Shown: piece after piece, positions 1 through 8,068 of the stretch
Numbering within the stretch: position 1 is the first letter of the stretch
How the letters are laid out: each line of letters opens with the position of its first letter
IMG/VR virus record: IMGVR_UViG_3300032270_000224
Span: 1-35,114 of that record
Reading direction: 5' to 3' (one strand)
Origin: a virus
Taxonomy: Duplodnaviria; Caudoviricetes
DNA: 35,114 nt
Position numbers and translations under genes: made by a program
The notes under the pieces: model-generated
Seen by the model: only the letters and a program-made list of their open reading frames with translations
What the model was told of the DNA's origin: nothing
The model's database searches: none

Positions 1-452
1 GTGATGCGCTTGTCGAGCGCGGCGATTAGTTGTGCCATGTCAAAGCGGATGGCGGCGCGGGCCTGCGCGGCGTCAGCCACCATGTCCATGCGGCTCTTTT
101 CAATGGCGGCCATTGAGCGTTCACGGTCCAAAGTCATTGCGGCGCGGGCCAAGGCACTTTCTCGGTCAACCTTGGAAATCTGGTCGCTCAGATGCTCGCG
201 AATCTGAGCCATGTCGATGGTTGTACCCTGCGGGGGAATGGCCTTGTTGTCGGCGTTGACGACAACCGCAACCTTCGACTTTAGTTGAATGATCTCGTTG
301 TTGGCAGCAGAAAGCGAACTCATGAGGTAGACGACGCAAGAGAACAGGATCGGGATACCCGCGAAGGTGATCTTTTCAACCAGTGCGCCCTTGCTGGCGC
401 TCGCAGCCATCTCAATGGCGAACTTTTCCTGCTTCTCTTCCGTTGTGCTCAT
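1..452 (-). CDS. Membrane-anchored coiled-coil protein, 3' end truncated by the window edge (possible lysis/spanin-like accessory)
   Basis: Not in the ORF track. ATG at 452 overlaps the upstream stop (ATGA). Reads MSTTEEKQEKFAIEMAASASKGALVEKITFAGIPILFSCVVYLMSSLSAANNEIIQLK... with no stop to base 1. One hydrophobic segment followed by an Ala/Arg/Glu-rich helical region. Confidence 0.7.
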   Translation of the reverse strand, partial: MSTTEEKQEKFAIEMAASASKGALVEKITFAGIPILFSCVVYLMSSLSAANNEIIQLKSKVAVVVNADNKAIPPQGTTIDMAQIREHLSDQISKVDRESALARAAMTLDRERSMAAIEKSRMDMVADAAQARAAIRFDMAQLIAALDKRI

Positions 453-682
453 TTGTCTGCCTTCCCATCAAGCTTGTCATAGATTCGCTGGAACATCACC
501 TCGATGTGGTCCATGCGCTTGTCCATGTCGAACTTGCTGACGTAGGATTTGGGCAAGTCCGTCTCAATTGAATGAAGGTCTTTGCGCAATTCTTTCACCG
601 CACCCCATATTTCGCGGGCGAACCAGCCGCCAGTGGCGATGGCGGCAACGCTGATCATGTTCATGACGTTCTGCGTGTCCAT
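449..682 (-). CDS. Small membrane protein with N-terminal TM helix and coiled coil (holin/XhlA-like candidate)
   Basis: 77 aa; hydrophobic MISVAAIATGGWFA followed by a charged heptad-like region; translationally coupled to both neighbours. Confidence 0.6.
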   Translation of the reverse strand: MDTQNVMNMISVAAIATGGWFAREIWGAVKELRKDLHSIETDLPKSYVSKFDMDKRMDHIEVMFQRIYDKLDGKADK

Positions 683-1770
683 TATGCAGCCTCTTCAAGC
701 TCAACTTTACCCATGTACCAATCCAAGTTGGCACGGAGACGACTGTCCCCCGGCTCCAGATCGACCGCAAGTTGTCCCTGCTGGACAGCTATGTCCTTCA
801 ATCCAAGGTTCCACGCGGCGACGGCGGCGAGGTCGTGGGCCTGATAGCCCCACACGGCGGGGTCGCAGGTGTAGACAGCCTCTCGGTTGGTGATGCGCAG
901 CGCCCGCATGGCGTAGGCAAAGCACTCCTCCCAGCGGCTCTGGCGGTAGCACAGCAGCGCCAACTCGCACCAAGGCTCGCGGGTGTTGGGGGCCTCGCCA
1001 GCCGCCGAGTGAAAGGCCTGCTCGGCTTCGTGTGAGAGCCTTATCTCGCTGTAGCAGCGGCCCATGACCCTGTAGGCGTAGCACCGCTCGTTCATCCAAG
1101 TGGCGCGGGGCAGCTTTAGGTAGTTCTTGCAGGCGACAATCGACTCTTCCCACCGAGAGTGGAAGCTCAATTCGCGGGCATAGTAGAATGCGTTGCGCGG
1201 GCACTGCGGGTCTTCCTTTACGGAAAGCTCCAGAAGATCCATGTACTGCCCCCGGCTCTTGGTCGGGTCCGGCTTGTGGACGGCAAGGAGGAAGTCGGTC
1301 TGGGCCCAGACTTCCGTAATGCGTCCGTCAGGTACAGGATATTCGTGGCAGGGATGGTGCCAGTGGTATCCGTGCCGGGCGTGGATCTTCTCGTAGTAGA
1401 AGCTGATGCCGCATCCCCAGTCAAACATGTAGCGGAGGCGGGTGGTTTCTCCCTTGATCCAGACACGCTCAATCTCCTCGCGCCAGCCGGGCTGAAGAAC
1501 CTCATCAATGTCTAGGCTGATGCAGACATCAATATCGCGAGGCACAAGAGCAAGAGCAGCGTTGCGCGCCAAATCAAACCGCCACGGGGTGATGCAAATG
1601 TGGTGAACAACCGCGCCATATAACTCCGCCTTTTCGGGCAACCCGTCTTCTGATCCCGTGTCGGCGATCATAATGAGGTCCGCGTCCTGCGCCGACTCGC
1701 AGAAACGCTGCGCAAAGTGCGCCTCGTTCTTGCTGATGGCGTAGACGCATATCTTCAACTTCTTCTCCAT
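682..1770 (-). CDS. Glycosyltransferase family 2 with C-terminal TPR repeats
   Basis: KICVYAISKNE, IADTGSED, RFDLARNAAL and a DxD motif (SLDIDE), then TPR-like helices (RNAFYYAREL, EPWCELALLCYRQSRWEEC). Start placed at ATG 1770 behind a GAGGGGG RBS. Confidence 0.9.
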   Translation of the reverse strand: MEKKLKICVYAISKNEAHFAQRFCESAQDADLIMIADTGSEDGLPEKAELYGAVVHHICITPWRFDLARNAALALVPRDIDVCISLDIDEVLQPGWREEIERVWIKGETTRLRYMFDWGCGISFYYEKIHARHGYHWHHPCHEYPVPDGRITEVWAQTDFLLAVHKPDPTKSRGQYMDLLELSVKEDPQCPRNAFYYARELSFHSRWEESIVACKNYLKLPRATWMNERCYAYRVMGRCYSEIRLSHEAEQAFHSAAGEAPNTREPWCELALLCYRQSRWEECFAYAMRALRITNREAVYTCDPAVWGYQAHDLAAVAAWNLGLKDIAVQQGQLAVDLEPGDSRLRANLDWYMGKVELEEAA

Positions 1771-1792
1771 AGCGACCCCCTCGCTTTTGAGA

Positions 1793-2556
<764 letters not shown>

Positions 2557-2557
<1 letters not shown>

Positions 2558-3291
2558 CAGAGCGGTCCTGTCTTGGGCACTTCAGTGAAGCCGTATGGCA
2601 GGCTGGGATTGTTTATAACATACCCGCCGGACGTGTAGGCGCCCGAGAACGCCGAACCCTGAAGGTCAATTTGGGTCGTATTCATCACCGTTATGCGCCA
2701 ATTTCCATTGGCAGAAGACACGCCGCTCACGTCCTGAACGGTCACATTTTGCCCTGTAATCATGCCATTGGTTGTCGCAATTGTCAGGCGAATGAGGCCG
2801 ATGCCGTTGTTGGCGGCGCCCGTCACCGTGCGGTAGGTGACCGCATTGGGGTCCGTGCCCGGCAACTGGTTCGTGCCGTAGGGGGCCTCGCCAGTCTGCT
2901 GCGTGACGCGGGTCTGGTCCGGCACGTCGGTGTCGATGGTGGTGACGCGAATGTCGCCGCGCTGGACCGGGATACCCGTCTGCGGGTTGGTGGTATTGTT
3001 GCCGGACACCTGACGCCGGTCGATCTCGTCCCAAGCGTAGGGCTCGACGCGGGGATTGATGATCGGCACGGGATCAGCGGGGATGATGATGGCGCGGAGC
3101 TGCTGCTGCGGCTCGTCGTAGCAGGTGGAGCAGACCAGAATGCGCTTGTTGATCAGGGACGCGCCAGCCCAGTCGTACTGCCACTTCAGGTCAACGTGAT
3201 TGTACCGAAAGGCGCAGCGGTCGCAGATCGCATGGGCCTGCGGGTTGGTGGAGCTAGTTCTGGCCCGGCCCGATCTTGATGCGTAGCCCAT
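2557..3291 (-). CDS. Virion protein with N-terminal CxxC...CxxC motif and C-terminal beta-rich (E1 FCCH-like) domain
   Basis: ICDRC...VCSTC; C-terminal [24 protein letters not shown]...GAYTSGG resembles FCCH-like domains of phage structural proteins (recognised by eye). Confidence 0.6.
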
Positions 3292-3301
3292 TCACGCCCC
3301 C

Positions 3302-4021
3302 TTACCTGAAGTAGCCAGAGATCATGGGGGAAATGTATTGCTGCGCGGTCTCAACATTCTGATCAGCCGCGATCTGGTAGGACTCGTCCGCCATGGGCTT
3401 GATCATCGCCACCGCCTGCGGGTTCCAGATCTGCGCGAGGCGCAGGGCGAGGCCGTAGGCGAACGCCTCAAGCCACAGGTAGGGGATTTCGACCGTCTGC
3501 CCGTTTTGGAGCGCCGAGTCCTGCACCTGCCTGACACGATAGTATTTTAGGCTCTGGGGGCCGTTGTCGGTGTTCGGCACAGGCCACAGCGTCACGGACG
3601 GCCCGGCAGACCCGGTCGAGCGGGACGAGCTAATCAGGCGGTCAAACCAGAAGACAGTCGGGAAGCCCTGCTGCTCCTTGTTGGGGTAGCTGGCGTATTC
3701 CGTGCGGCTCACCGGCAGGATGATGCGGTCGATGTTGGCGCCGGAGTCGTCGTTCTGGACGTAGGCGTCCAAGATCGCGACCGTGTTTCCATCGACGGCG
3801 TAGGTGGCCTGATCGGTGACGAGGGGCGTCGTGACAAGGTCAACGGCCCAGAGGTTGACGCCCATGTTCGACCAGCGCGCGCAGAGCATGTTGGACGCCA
3901 TGCGGGCGGCCTCCATGTGCTCCTGAAGCACGGCTGTATTCCTGATGCCGACGAGGTTGTACGCGTAGAGCGTAAGCTCGCCTAAGCCGGGATTGAACGC
4001 ATAGGTGTCGCTCGTCGCCAT
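3302..4021 (-). CDS. Putative head-tail adaptor / tail tubular protein
   Basis: 239 aa; WSNMGVNLW, SRTEYASYPNKEQQGFPT and WLEAFAYGLALRLA resemble podovirus adaptor proteins; lies downstream of the capsid genes; GGAG RBS. Confidence 0.6.
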   Translation of the reverse strand: MATSDTYAFNPGLGELTLYAYNLVGIRNTAVLQEHMEAARMASNMLCARWSNMGVNLWAVDLVTTPLVTDQATYAVDGNTVAILDAYVQNDDSGANIDRIILPVSRTEYASYPNKEQQGFPTVFWFDRLISSSRSTGSAGPSVTLWPVPNTDNGPQSLKYYRVRQVQDSALQNGQTVEIPYLWLEAFAYGLALRLAQIWNPQAVAMIKPMADESYQIAADQNVETAQQYISPMISGYFR

Positions 4022-4030
4022 GGTGGCTCC

Positions 4031-4363
4031 TTAGACCGGGCCAGCCTGAACGATGCTTGCCGTGACCGCGCCGGTGCCGCTGGTGATATTGATGCAGATG
4101 GCGCGGCAGGGAATGATGACGGCGCCGCCCGTCGAAGCCGTCAGGGCGCTGAAGCCCGTGGCGACGTACCATGTGGCCCCGGCGACGGTGTACCCGTCGG
4201 CGTTGGGGTCATCAAGCGAGTACTCAATGTTGAATGTGGGCGACCCGGACGTGACCTTGGCGCCAACGCCAATGTTGAACGGCGTCTGGAAGTCATCGAC
4301 GACGCGGGCGGCGCTGCGGATTTGCGAACCTGTGGCGGTCGCGCTGATGCTACCGAGTTGCAT
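4031..4363 (-). CDS. Small beta-rich virion structural protein
   Basis: 110 aa, Thr/Gly/Ala/Val-rich, inside the structural operon. Confidence 0.6.
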   Translation of the reverse strand: MQLGSISATATGSQIRSAARVVDDFQTPFNIGVGAKVTSGSPTFNIEYSLDDPNADGYTVAGATWYVATGFSALTASTGGAVIIPCRAICINITSGTGAVTASIVQAGPV

Positions 4364-4364
4364 G

Positions 4365-4526
4365 TTATTTCCCCTTGCTGCGGGCTGCCGCTGCGTTGTC
4401 GATCAAGTTAGGCCAAGGACGGCCAGCGGCACGGGCATGGGCCTTGGCGGACTGAAGCTTCTTTTTGCTCAGATGCTTTTCCTCGGCATCCTTGGGTGCT
4501 TTCTTTTCCCAAAAAGGCTTGTCCAT
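4365..4526 (-). CDS. Small basic protein (53 aa)
   Basis: Not in the ORF track (<60 aa). MDKPFWEKKAPKDAEEKHLSKKKLQSAKAHARAAGRPWPNLIDNAAAARSKGK fills the gap between neighbours with 1-nt spacers. Confidence 0.8.
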   Translation of the reverse strand: MDKPFWEKKAPKDAEEKHLSKKKLQSAKAHARAAGRPWPNLIDNAAAARSKGK

Positions 4527-4527
4527 C

Positions 4528-4767
4528 TCAGCAATCCCACTTCCTCAGTGACTTGTTGATGCGGCTGTCAGGATCTGCGGCCTTCGCGGACCCGGTCAGC
4601 TTGCGCTTCATTCCGGTCATCCTAGCACAGAAGCTGTCCTTGCGCGACCCGCCCTCGGGCTGGGGACGCTTGATGTCTTTGCCCTGCGCCCTGAGAGACG
4701 CACGGCCCTTTTCGTTGAGCCCACCGGACTCAGATTTGCCTTCCTTGCGGGTCCAAGCAGCAGTCAT
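4528..4767 (-). CDS. Small basic phage protein, DUF6321-like
   Basis: AWTRKEGKSESGGLN...SFCARM...DPDSRINKSLRKWDC pattern; start ATG 4767 after GGAG. Confidence 0.7.
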   Translation of the reverse strand: MTAAWTRKEGKSESGGLNEKGRASLRAQGKDIKRPQPEGGSRKDSFCARMTGMKRKLTGSAKAADPDSRINKSLRKWDC

Positions 4768-4785
4768 AGCAGTCTCCATGCGAAT

Positions 4786-4807
4786 GCGGGGGCACGAATG
4801 CCCCCGC
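4786..4807 (-). other. GC-rich hairpin with UUCG loop (9-bp stem), no U-tract
   Basis: Minus strand GCGGGGGCA-TTCG-TGCCCCCGC in an intergenic space; possibly an mRNA-stabilising or processing element. Confidence 0.55.
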
Positions 4808-4836
4808 CGTAAACCACCAAATCGGGGGAGGACGAC

Positions 4837-5079
4837 TTAGTAGTTCGCACCTTTGCCGCGAGGCGTACCGCCAGCGGCAGAAGACATGACGCTGCCGCCG
4901 CTCTTGCGGGGCTTGCGACCGGCGTGGGCCTCGGACATGACGCCCTCGGCCTTCATGCCGACCTTGCCGCCCTTTTTGAATCCGCCCGTGGGCTTCATCA
5001 TTTCAGAGGCCACAGTGCTGTTGCCGCCAGCGTAGGCGGTGTGAGACTTGGCTTCGCGAGTTCCAGACTTACCCTTCAT
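4837..5079 (-). CDS. Small K/G-rich protein with GG motifs (80 aa)
   Basis: Start ATG 5079 after AGGAG. Contains FKKGGKV and HAGRKPRKSGG, which is also present in the 523-aa protein. Confidence 0.75.
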   Translation of the reverse strand: MKGKSGTREAKSHTAYAGGNSTVASEMMKPTGGFKKGGKVGMKAEGVMSEAHAGRKPRKSGGSVMSSAAGGTPRGKGANY

Positions 5080-5095
5080 GACGATCTCCTGTGAC

Positions 5096-5554
5096 TTAGG
5101 CGTTGGCTGCCTGAATGTAGCGGATGACGAGAGTGCCTGTACCGGCGGTAGCACTCAACGCGCCGGACAGAACGTAGATGATGTCATCCGTAGTCCCGGT
5201 ATTGAGCCAAGCACCAGTGCGGGTAGCATCTGTGCCGGGACTAAGCGAAAGTTTGCCAATAGCATTGGCATTCGTCGCCGCAACCAGTTCAGTGGCCGTG
5301 GCGGAAGTGCCGACGCTGATGGTGTATGTCGTCGTCGCGCTCGTCCAAGCAGCCGTAACGAACAGGTCAATCGAGGTGATCAAGCTGTTGGCGGGGATTA
5401 CAATGGTCGTCGCCGCAGCGGTAGCCGACTGCGTAACGGTAGCAAACTGCGCCATCTCGACGAAGCCGACATTCTTGACCGTACCGGCAGTGGTGCCGGT
5501 CGTGTTCAGAACGTCGCCAGCCTTGATGGGGCCGGTGAATGTAGTAGTACCCAT
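5096..5554 (-). CDS. Putative capsid decoration / minor head protein
   Basis: Start ATG 5554 after AGGAGG. MGTTTFTGPIKAG N-terminus, Thr/Ala-rich beta protein; first structural gene after the MCP/endonuclease. Confidence 0.65.
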   Translation of the reverse strand: MGTTTFTGPIKAGDVLNTTGTTAGTVKNVGFVEMAQFATVTQSATAAATTIVIPANSLITSIDLFVTAAWTSATTTYTISVGTSATATELVAATNANAIGKLSLSPGTDATRTGAWLNTGTTDDIIYVLSGALSATAGTGTLVIRYIQAANA

Positions 5555-5563
5555 GGGGTCCTC

Positions 5564-5630
5564 CTGCACGATGAGATCACGAAGTCTGTGCAGCGTCCGC
5601 TAGGCCGGTCTGCGTGATCGGGTTGCCTAG
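5564..5630 (-). ncRNA. Candidate structured RNA with three interlocked stems (double pseudoknot)
   Basis: Perfect complementary pairs CUAGGC/GCCUAG, GAUCACG/CGUGAUC and CUGCAC/GUGCAG in the order a-b-a'-c-b'-c', with GAC in three linkers; abuts the RBS of 5096..5554. Confidence 0.65.
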
Positions 5631-6290
5631 ATGGTAGTCCAGATATTGAGCGGCTAACCGGAGAACTTTTGGGTCATCCTTCAACTTCCCAATTCCTGTA
5701 TTGCAATCAGAACACAAAAGCCCTCGAATTGCACCACTTTTGTGGTCATGATCGACGGCCAATGCTCTGAGCCTTCCCTTCCGTAGTTGCGTTTCTGGCT
5801 GTTCGCAGATAGCGCATTTACCTTGTTGGGCATCAAGCATTTTATTGTATTCAGTAAGAGAAAGATCAAAGCTTCGGCGCAAGGCGCGGGCCTTTTGCTG
5901 AACTGGCGTTAAGATCCTATAAGCCTTGTGATAGGCCAACCGGCCTTTCTTTGTCTTATGGTCATATTCACCAGCAAGGCCGTTGAAGAGAGTTAGATTT
6001 TCAAAACGGCAATCACTTTTATCGCCGTTCTTGTATCTGACTCGCCGCTCCGGCCATTCCCCAGTCATATAAAACCAAGCCAGCCTTGACTCCGTGACTT
6101 CTTCGCCACTGATGCGAATGTAGCGATAACCACCGCCAACACTTTTTCCACCAGCAACAACTCCCGCCTTCAGATTCTTGGCCGGACTGATCTTCCACAC
6201 AAACACTCCGGTAGCAGGATTGTAGTCCAATGCGGCCCGAACTTGATCGTGAGTTAGATTAGGAATTCTAGCTTTACCCTTCATTTTCAT
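5577..6290 (-). CDS. Free-standing homing-type endonuclease: degenerate HNH-like N-terminal region plus recombination endonuclease VII domain
   Basis: LDYNPATGVFVW...RLAWFYMTGEWP...KNGDKSDCRFENL (HNH_3-like; the usual His/Asn residues appear replaced). QQGKCAIC...LAVDHDHKSGAIRGLLCSDCNTGIG is the EndoVII signature. AT-richer than its flanks. Confidence 0.85.
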   Translation of the reverse strand: MKMKGKARIPNLTHDQVRAALDYNPATGVFVWKISPAKNLKAGVVAGGKSVGGGYRYIRISGEEVTESRLAWFYMTGEWPERRVRYKNGDKSDCRFENLTLFNGLAGEYDHKTKKGRLAYHKAYRILTPVQQKARALRRSFDLSLTEYNKMLDAQQGKCAICEQPETQLRKGRLRALAVDHDHKSGAIRGLLCSDCNTGIGKLKDDPKVLRLAAQYLDYHLGNPITQTGLADAAQTS

Positions 6291-6339
6291 CTCCCGGTGT
6301 TAGCTTTAGAAGCTTATACCGGGAGATGACTTTTTGCAA
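6287..6339 (-). promoter_or_regulatory. Sigma70-type promoter embedded in an RBS-sequestering hairpin of the endonuclease gene
   Basis: -35 TTGCAA (6339-6334), 17 nt, -10 TAAGCT (6316-6311). A 12-bp inverted repeat TCATCTCCCGGT/ACCGGGAGATGA covers the GGGAG RBS and the ATG. Confidence 0.7.
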
Positions 6340-6378
6340 GCTATACGATTCAATTTTAGAAAATACCCCGGAAATCCC

Positions 6379-7284
6379 TTAGGTTGGGAAGGCTCCAAAG
6401 ATACTCCTAAAATTATAATAGCCGAAACTGTAGCGCTCGTAACCTTTGACAAGCAAATTGTCTGTAGTGAAGTCAACTTGCATGTCTGTTTCAAACTTAA
6501 TGCGCTCCATATAGGAGAGCCCATCAATGTTCGTAAGCAGGAACCACGCGCGGGCAGAGGTCAGGTAGTCATTGACCATGTAGCCCTCGGGGAGGCCGCC
6601 TGCCGTGGACATGATCGCGTTCACGTCATTGTCCGCAGTGCCGGGGCGCAGTTCGGTCTTCGTCAGGCGGATCGCCACCGGCTCAAGAGCGGGCGGGATA
6701 ACCAGACGACGACCGCGAGCAAACACCTTCAGACCGGCCTGATCACGGAAGTTGGTCCTGATGGCGATCATGCCAGCAAGCAGCGTACTCTCGTTCAGGT
6801 CGTTGGTGGTGTAGTTCGAGATCGTGCCACCGTCGATGGGGTGGTCAGACGCCACGAGGGCCTTGCCGTCGCCGCCAATGGACCCATTGTAGGTCGTCGC
6901 GGTGTTCAGCACGTTGGCGCCGTAGATTTCCTTGGTCTGCGCAAAGGACTGCGTCAGGCCGAGGTTCGACGGGGCAAACTGGCTCTTGTAGAGGTTGTCG
7001 TCAATGGCCTTGCGAGTGATCGCGTAGCCGAGGCCGATCTCGGTGTGCTCCTGATTGTACACGAAGCGTTCGCCAGCGCCGTTGTCGAACGCGGTCTGGC
7101 CGCCCTCGGTCTTGAGCTGGGCGTAGCCAAGGAAGCGCATCTCAGCGGTGCGCTCCAGAGCCATCTTCGAGTCGTGCTTGGTGAAGATCTTGTCGTACTG
7201 CGACGGGATCTGCTCGTACTGACCTTCAACGCCCCGGAGGCCGGGGAGGAGAAGATCTTTAATCGCTGAAAGATTGACAGCCAT
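6379..7284 (-). CDS. Major capsid protein (Mu gpT-like family)
   Basis: LLLPGL, EIGLGYAITRKAIDDNLY, GGDGKAL...DHP, LVIPPALE, WFLLT and ERYSFG match this MCP family; strong GC3 codon bias; AAGGAG RBS. Confidence 0.85.
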   Translation of the reverse strand: MAVNLSAIKDLLLPGLRGVEGQYEQIPSQYDKIFTKHDSKMALERTAEMRFLGYAQLKTEGGQTAFDNGAGERFVYNQEHTEIGLGYAITRKAIDDNLYKSQFAPSNLGLTQSFAQTKEIYGANVLNTATTYNGSIGGDGKALVASDHPIDGGTISNYTTNDLNESTLLAGMIAIRTNFRDQAGLKVFARGRRLVIPPALEPVAIRLTKTELRPGTADNDVNAIMSTAGGLPEGYMVNDYLTSARAWFLLTNIDGLSYMERIKFETDMQVDFTTDNLLVKGYERYSFGYYNFRSIFGAFPT

Positions 7285-7299
7285 TGATCCTACTCCTTG

Positions 7300-7890
7300 T
7301 TAGACGCCCGGAAGGGCCTTGGTCTGGACGAAGTTAAACGCCACGACAGCCTTCTGGTAAGCACCAGACTCCGTGCCGTTCACGCCGGGCGGGTCAGTAA
7401 TGAGAGACACGACCTTGAACGGGAACGTGGTGTCAGTCGTGCCGAGGGTGGCAAGAAAGGCGCCCGAGATGCCGTTGGAGGTGTTGCCCGTGCCGATGTT
7501 GAACCCGACAGCGGAGTTCACATAGGACTGGCTGACGCTGACGTTGCCGAACTGGGCGACGAACTTCGCGTTGGGGTCGTTGATGATGTAGCCGGTGACC
7601 ACATTGCCGGAGGCGACATCGGAGCCGGGCCAATAGTTCGACCAGACGGTGCGCTTCTGCGACACCGACAGGTACTGGCAGCCGACGAAGATGCCCGCAA
7701 TCTGGGTGTTGGCGGAGGCGCCAGTCGTGACGCCCACAACGACGTAGCCGTTGGCGTCGGGGTTTACGGGGTCACCAAAGAAGATGGCCGAAGCATTATA
7801 GGCGATCTGGACCGCGACCTGCTCATAGGTCGGGGCGGAACCAGTGCCACTGTATTGCTGAAAACCGTTATAGGCGGCAGTGTTCGCCAT
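7300..7890 (-). CDS. Structural protein immediately upstream of the MCP (putative head/cement protein)
   Basis: 196 aa, IFFGDPV...GIFVGCQY...IINDP pattern; strong AAGGAG RBS and codon bias. Confidence 0.65.
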   Translation of the reverse strand: MANTAAYNGFQQYSGTGSAPTYEQVAVQIAYNASAIFFGDPVNPDANGYVVVGVTTGASANTQIAGIFVGCQYLSVSQKRTVWSNYWPGSDVASGNVVTGYIINDPNAKFVAQFGNVSVSQSYVNSAVGFNIGTGNTSNGISGAFLATLGTTDTTFPFKVVSLITDPPGVNGTESGAYQKAVVAFNFVQTKALPGV

Positions 7891-7923
7891 GACGGGTTCT
7901 CCTTTTTACGGGAAAGCTCGTCA

Positions 7924-7981
7924 TCTCGCACCGGGGAGACTCGGAAGCCGGGGGTAGCGAACCTCCCGCGCCGGGGGGAGG
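7924..7981 (-). promoter_or_regulatory. Twin hairpins with the same 8-nt loop CCCGG(C/U)GC in the capsid-operon leader
   Basis: CCTCCC-CCCGGCGC-GGGAGG (7981-7962) and TCTC-CCCGGTGC-GAGA (7939-7924). Confidence 0.55.
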
Positions 7982-8028
7982 AAAGAACAGCAGGTGTTCC
8001 TGACGTTGCAGTATATATAAGATTGCAA

Positions 8029-8058
8029 CAAAAGAAAAGGGGGCCGGTTAGGGCCCCC
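8029..8058 (-). terminator. Rho-independent terminator
   Basis: GGGGGCC-CTAACC-GGCCCCC followed by TTTTCTTTTG, 10 nt after the stop of 8069..8611. Confidence 0.8.
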
Positions 8059-8068
8059 TAATCAATGC

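Noticed and set aside
5564-5630. HDV-like (theta) ribozyme
   Set aside because: No room for P3/L3 between the first stems and the topology differs from the nested HDV fold.
5577-6378. Group I intron or IS element carrying the endonuclease
   Set aside because: MCP ORF is uninterrupted with a normal C-terminus; no intron core, terminal inverted repeats or transposase seen.
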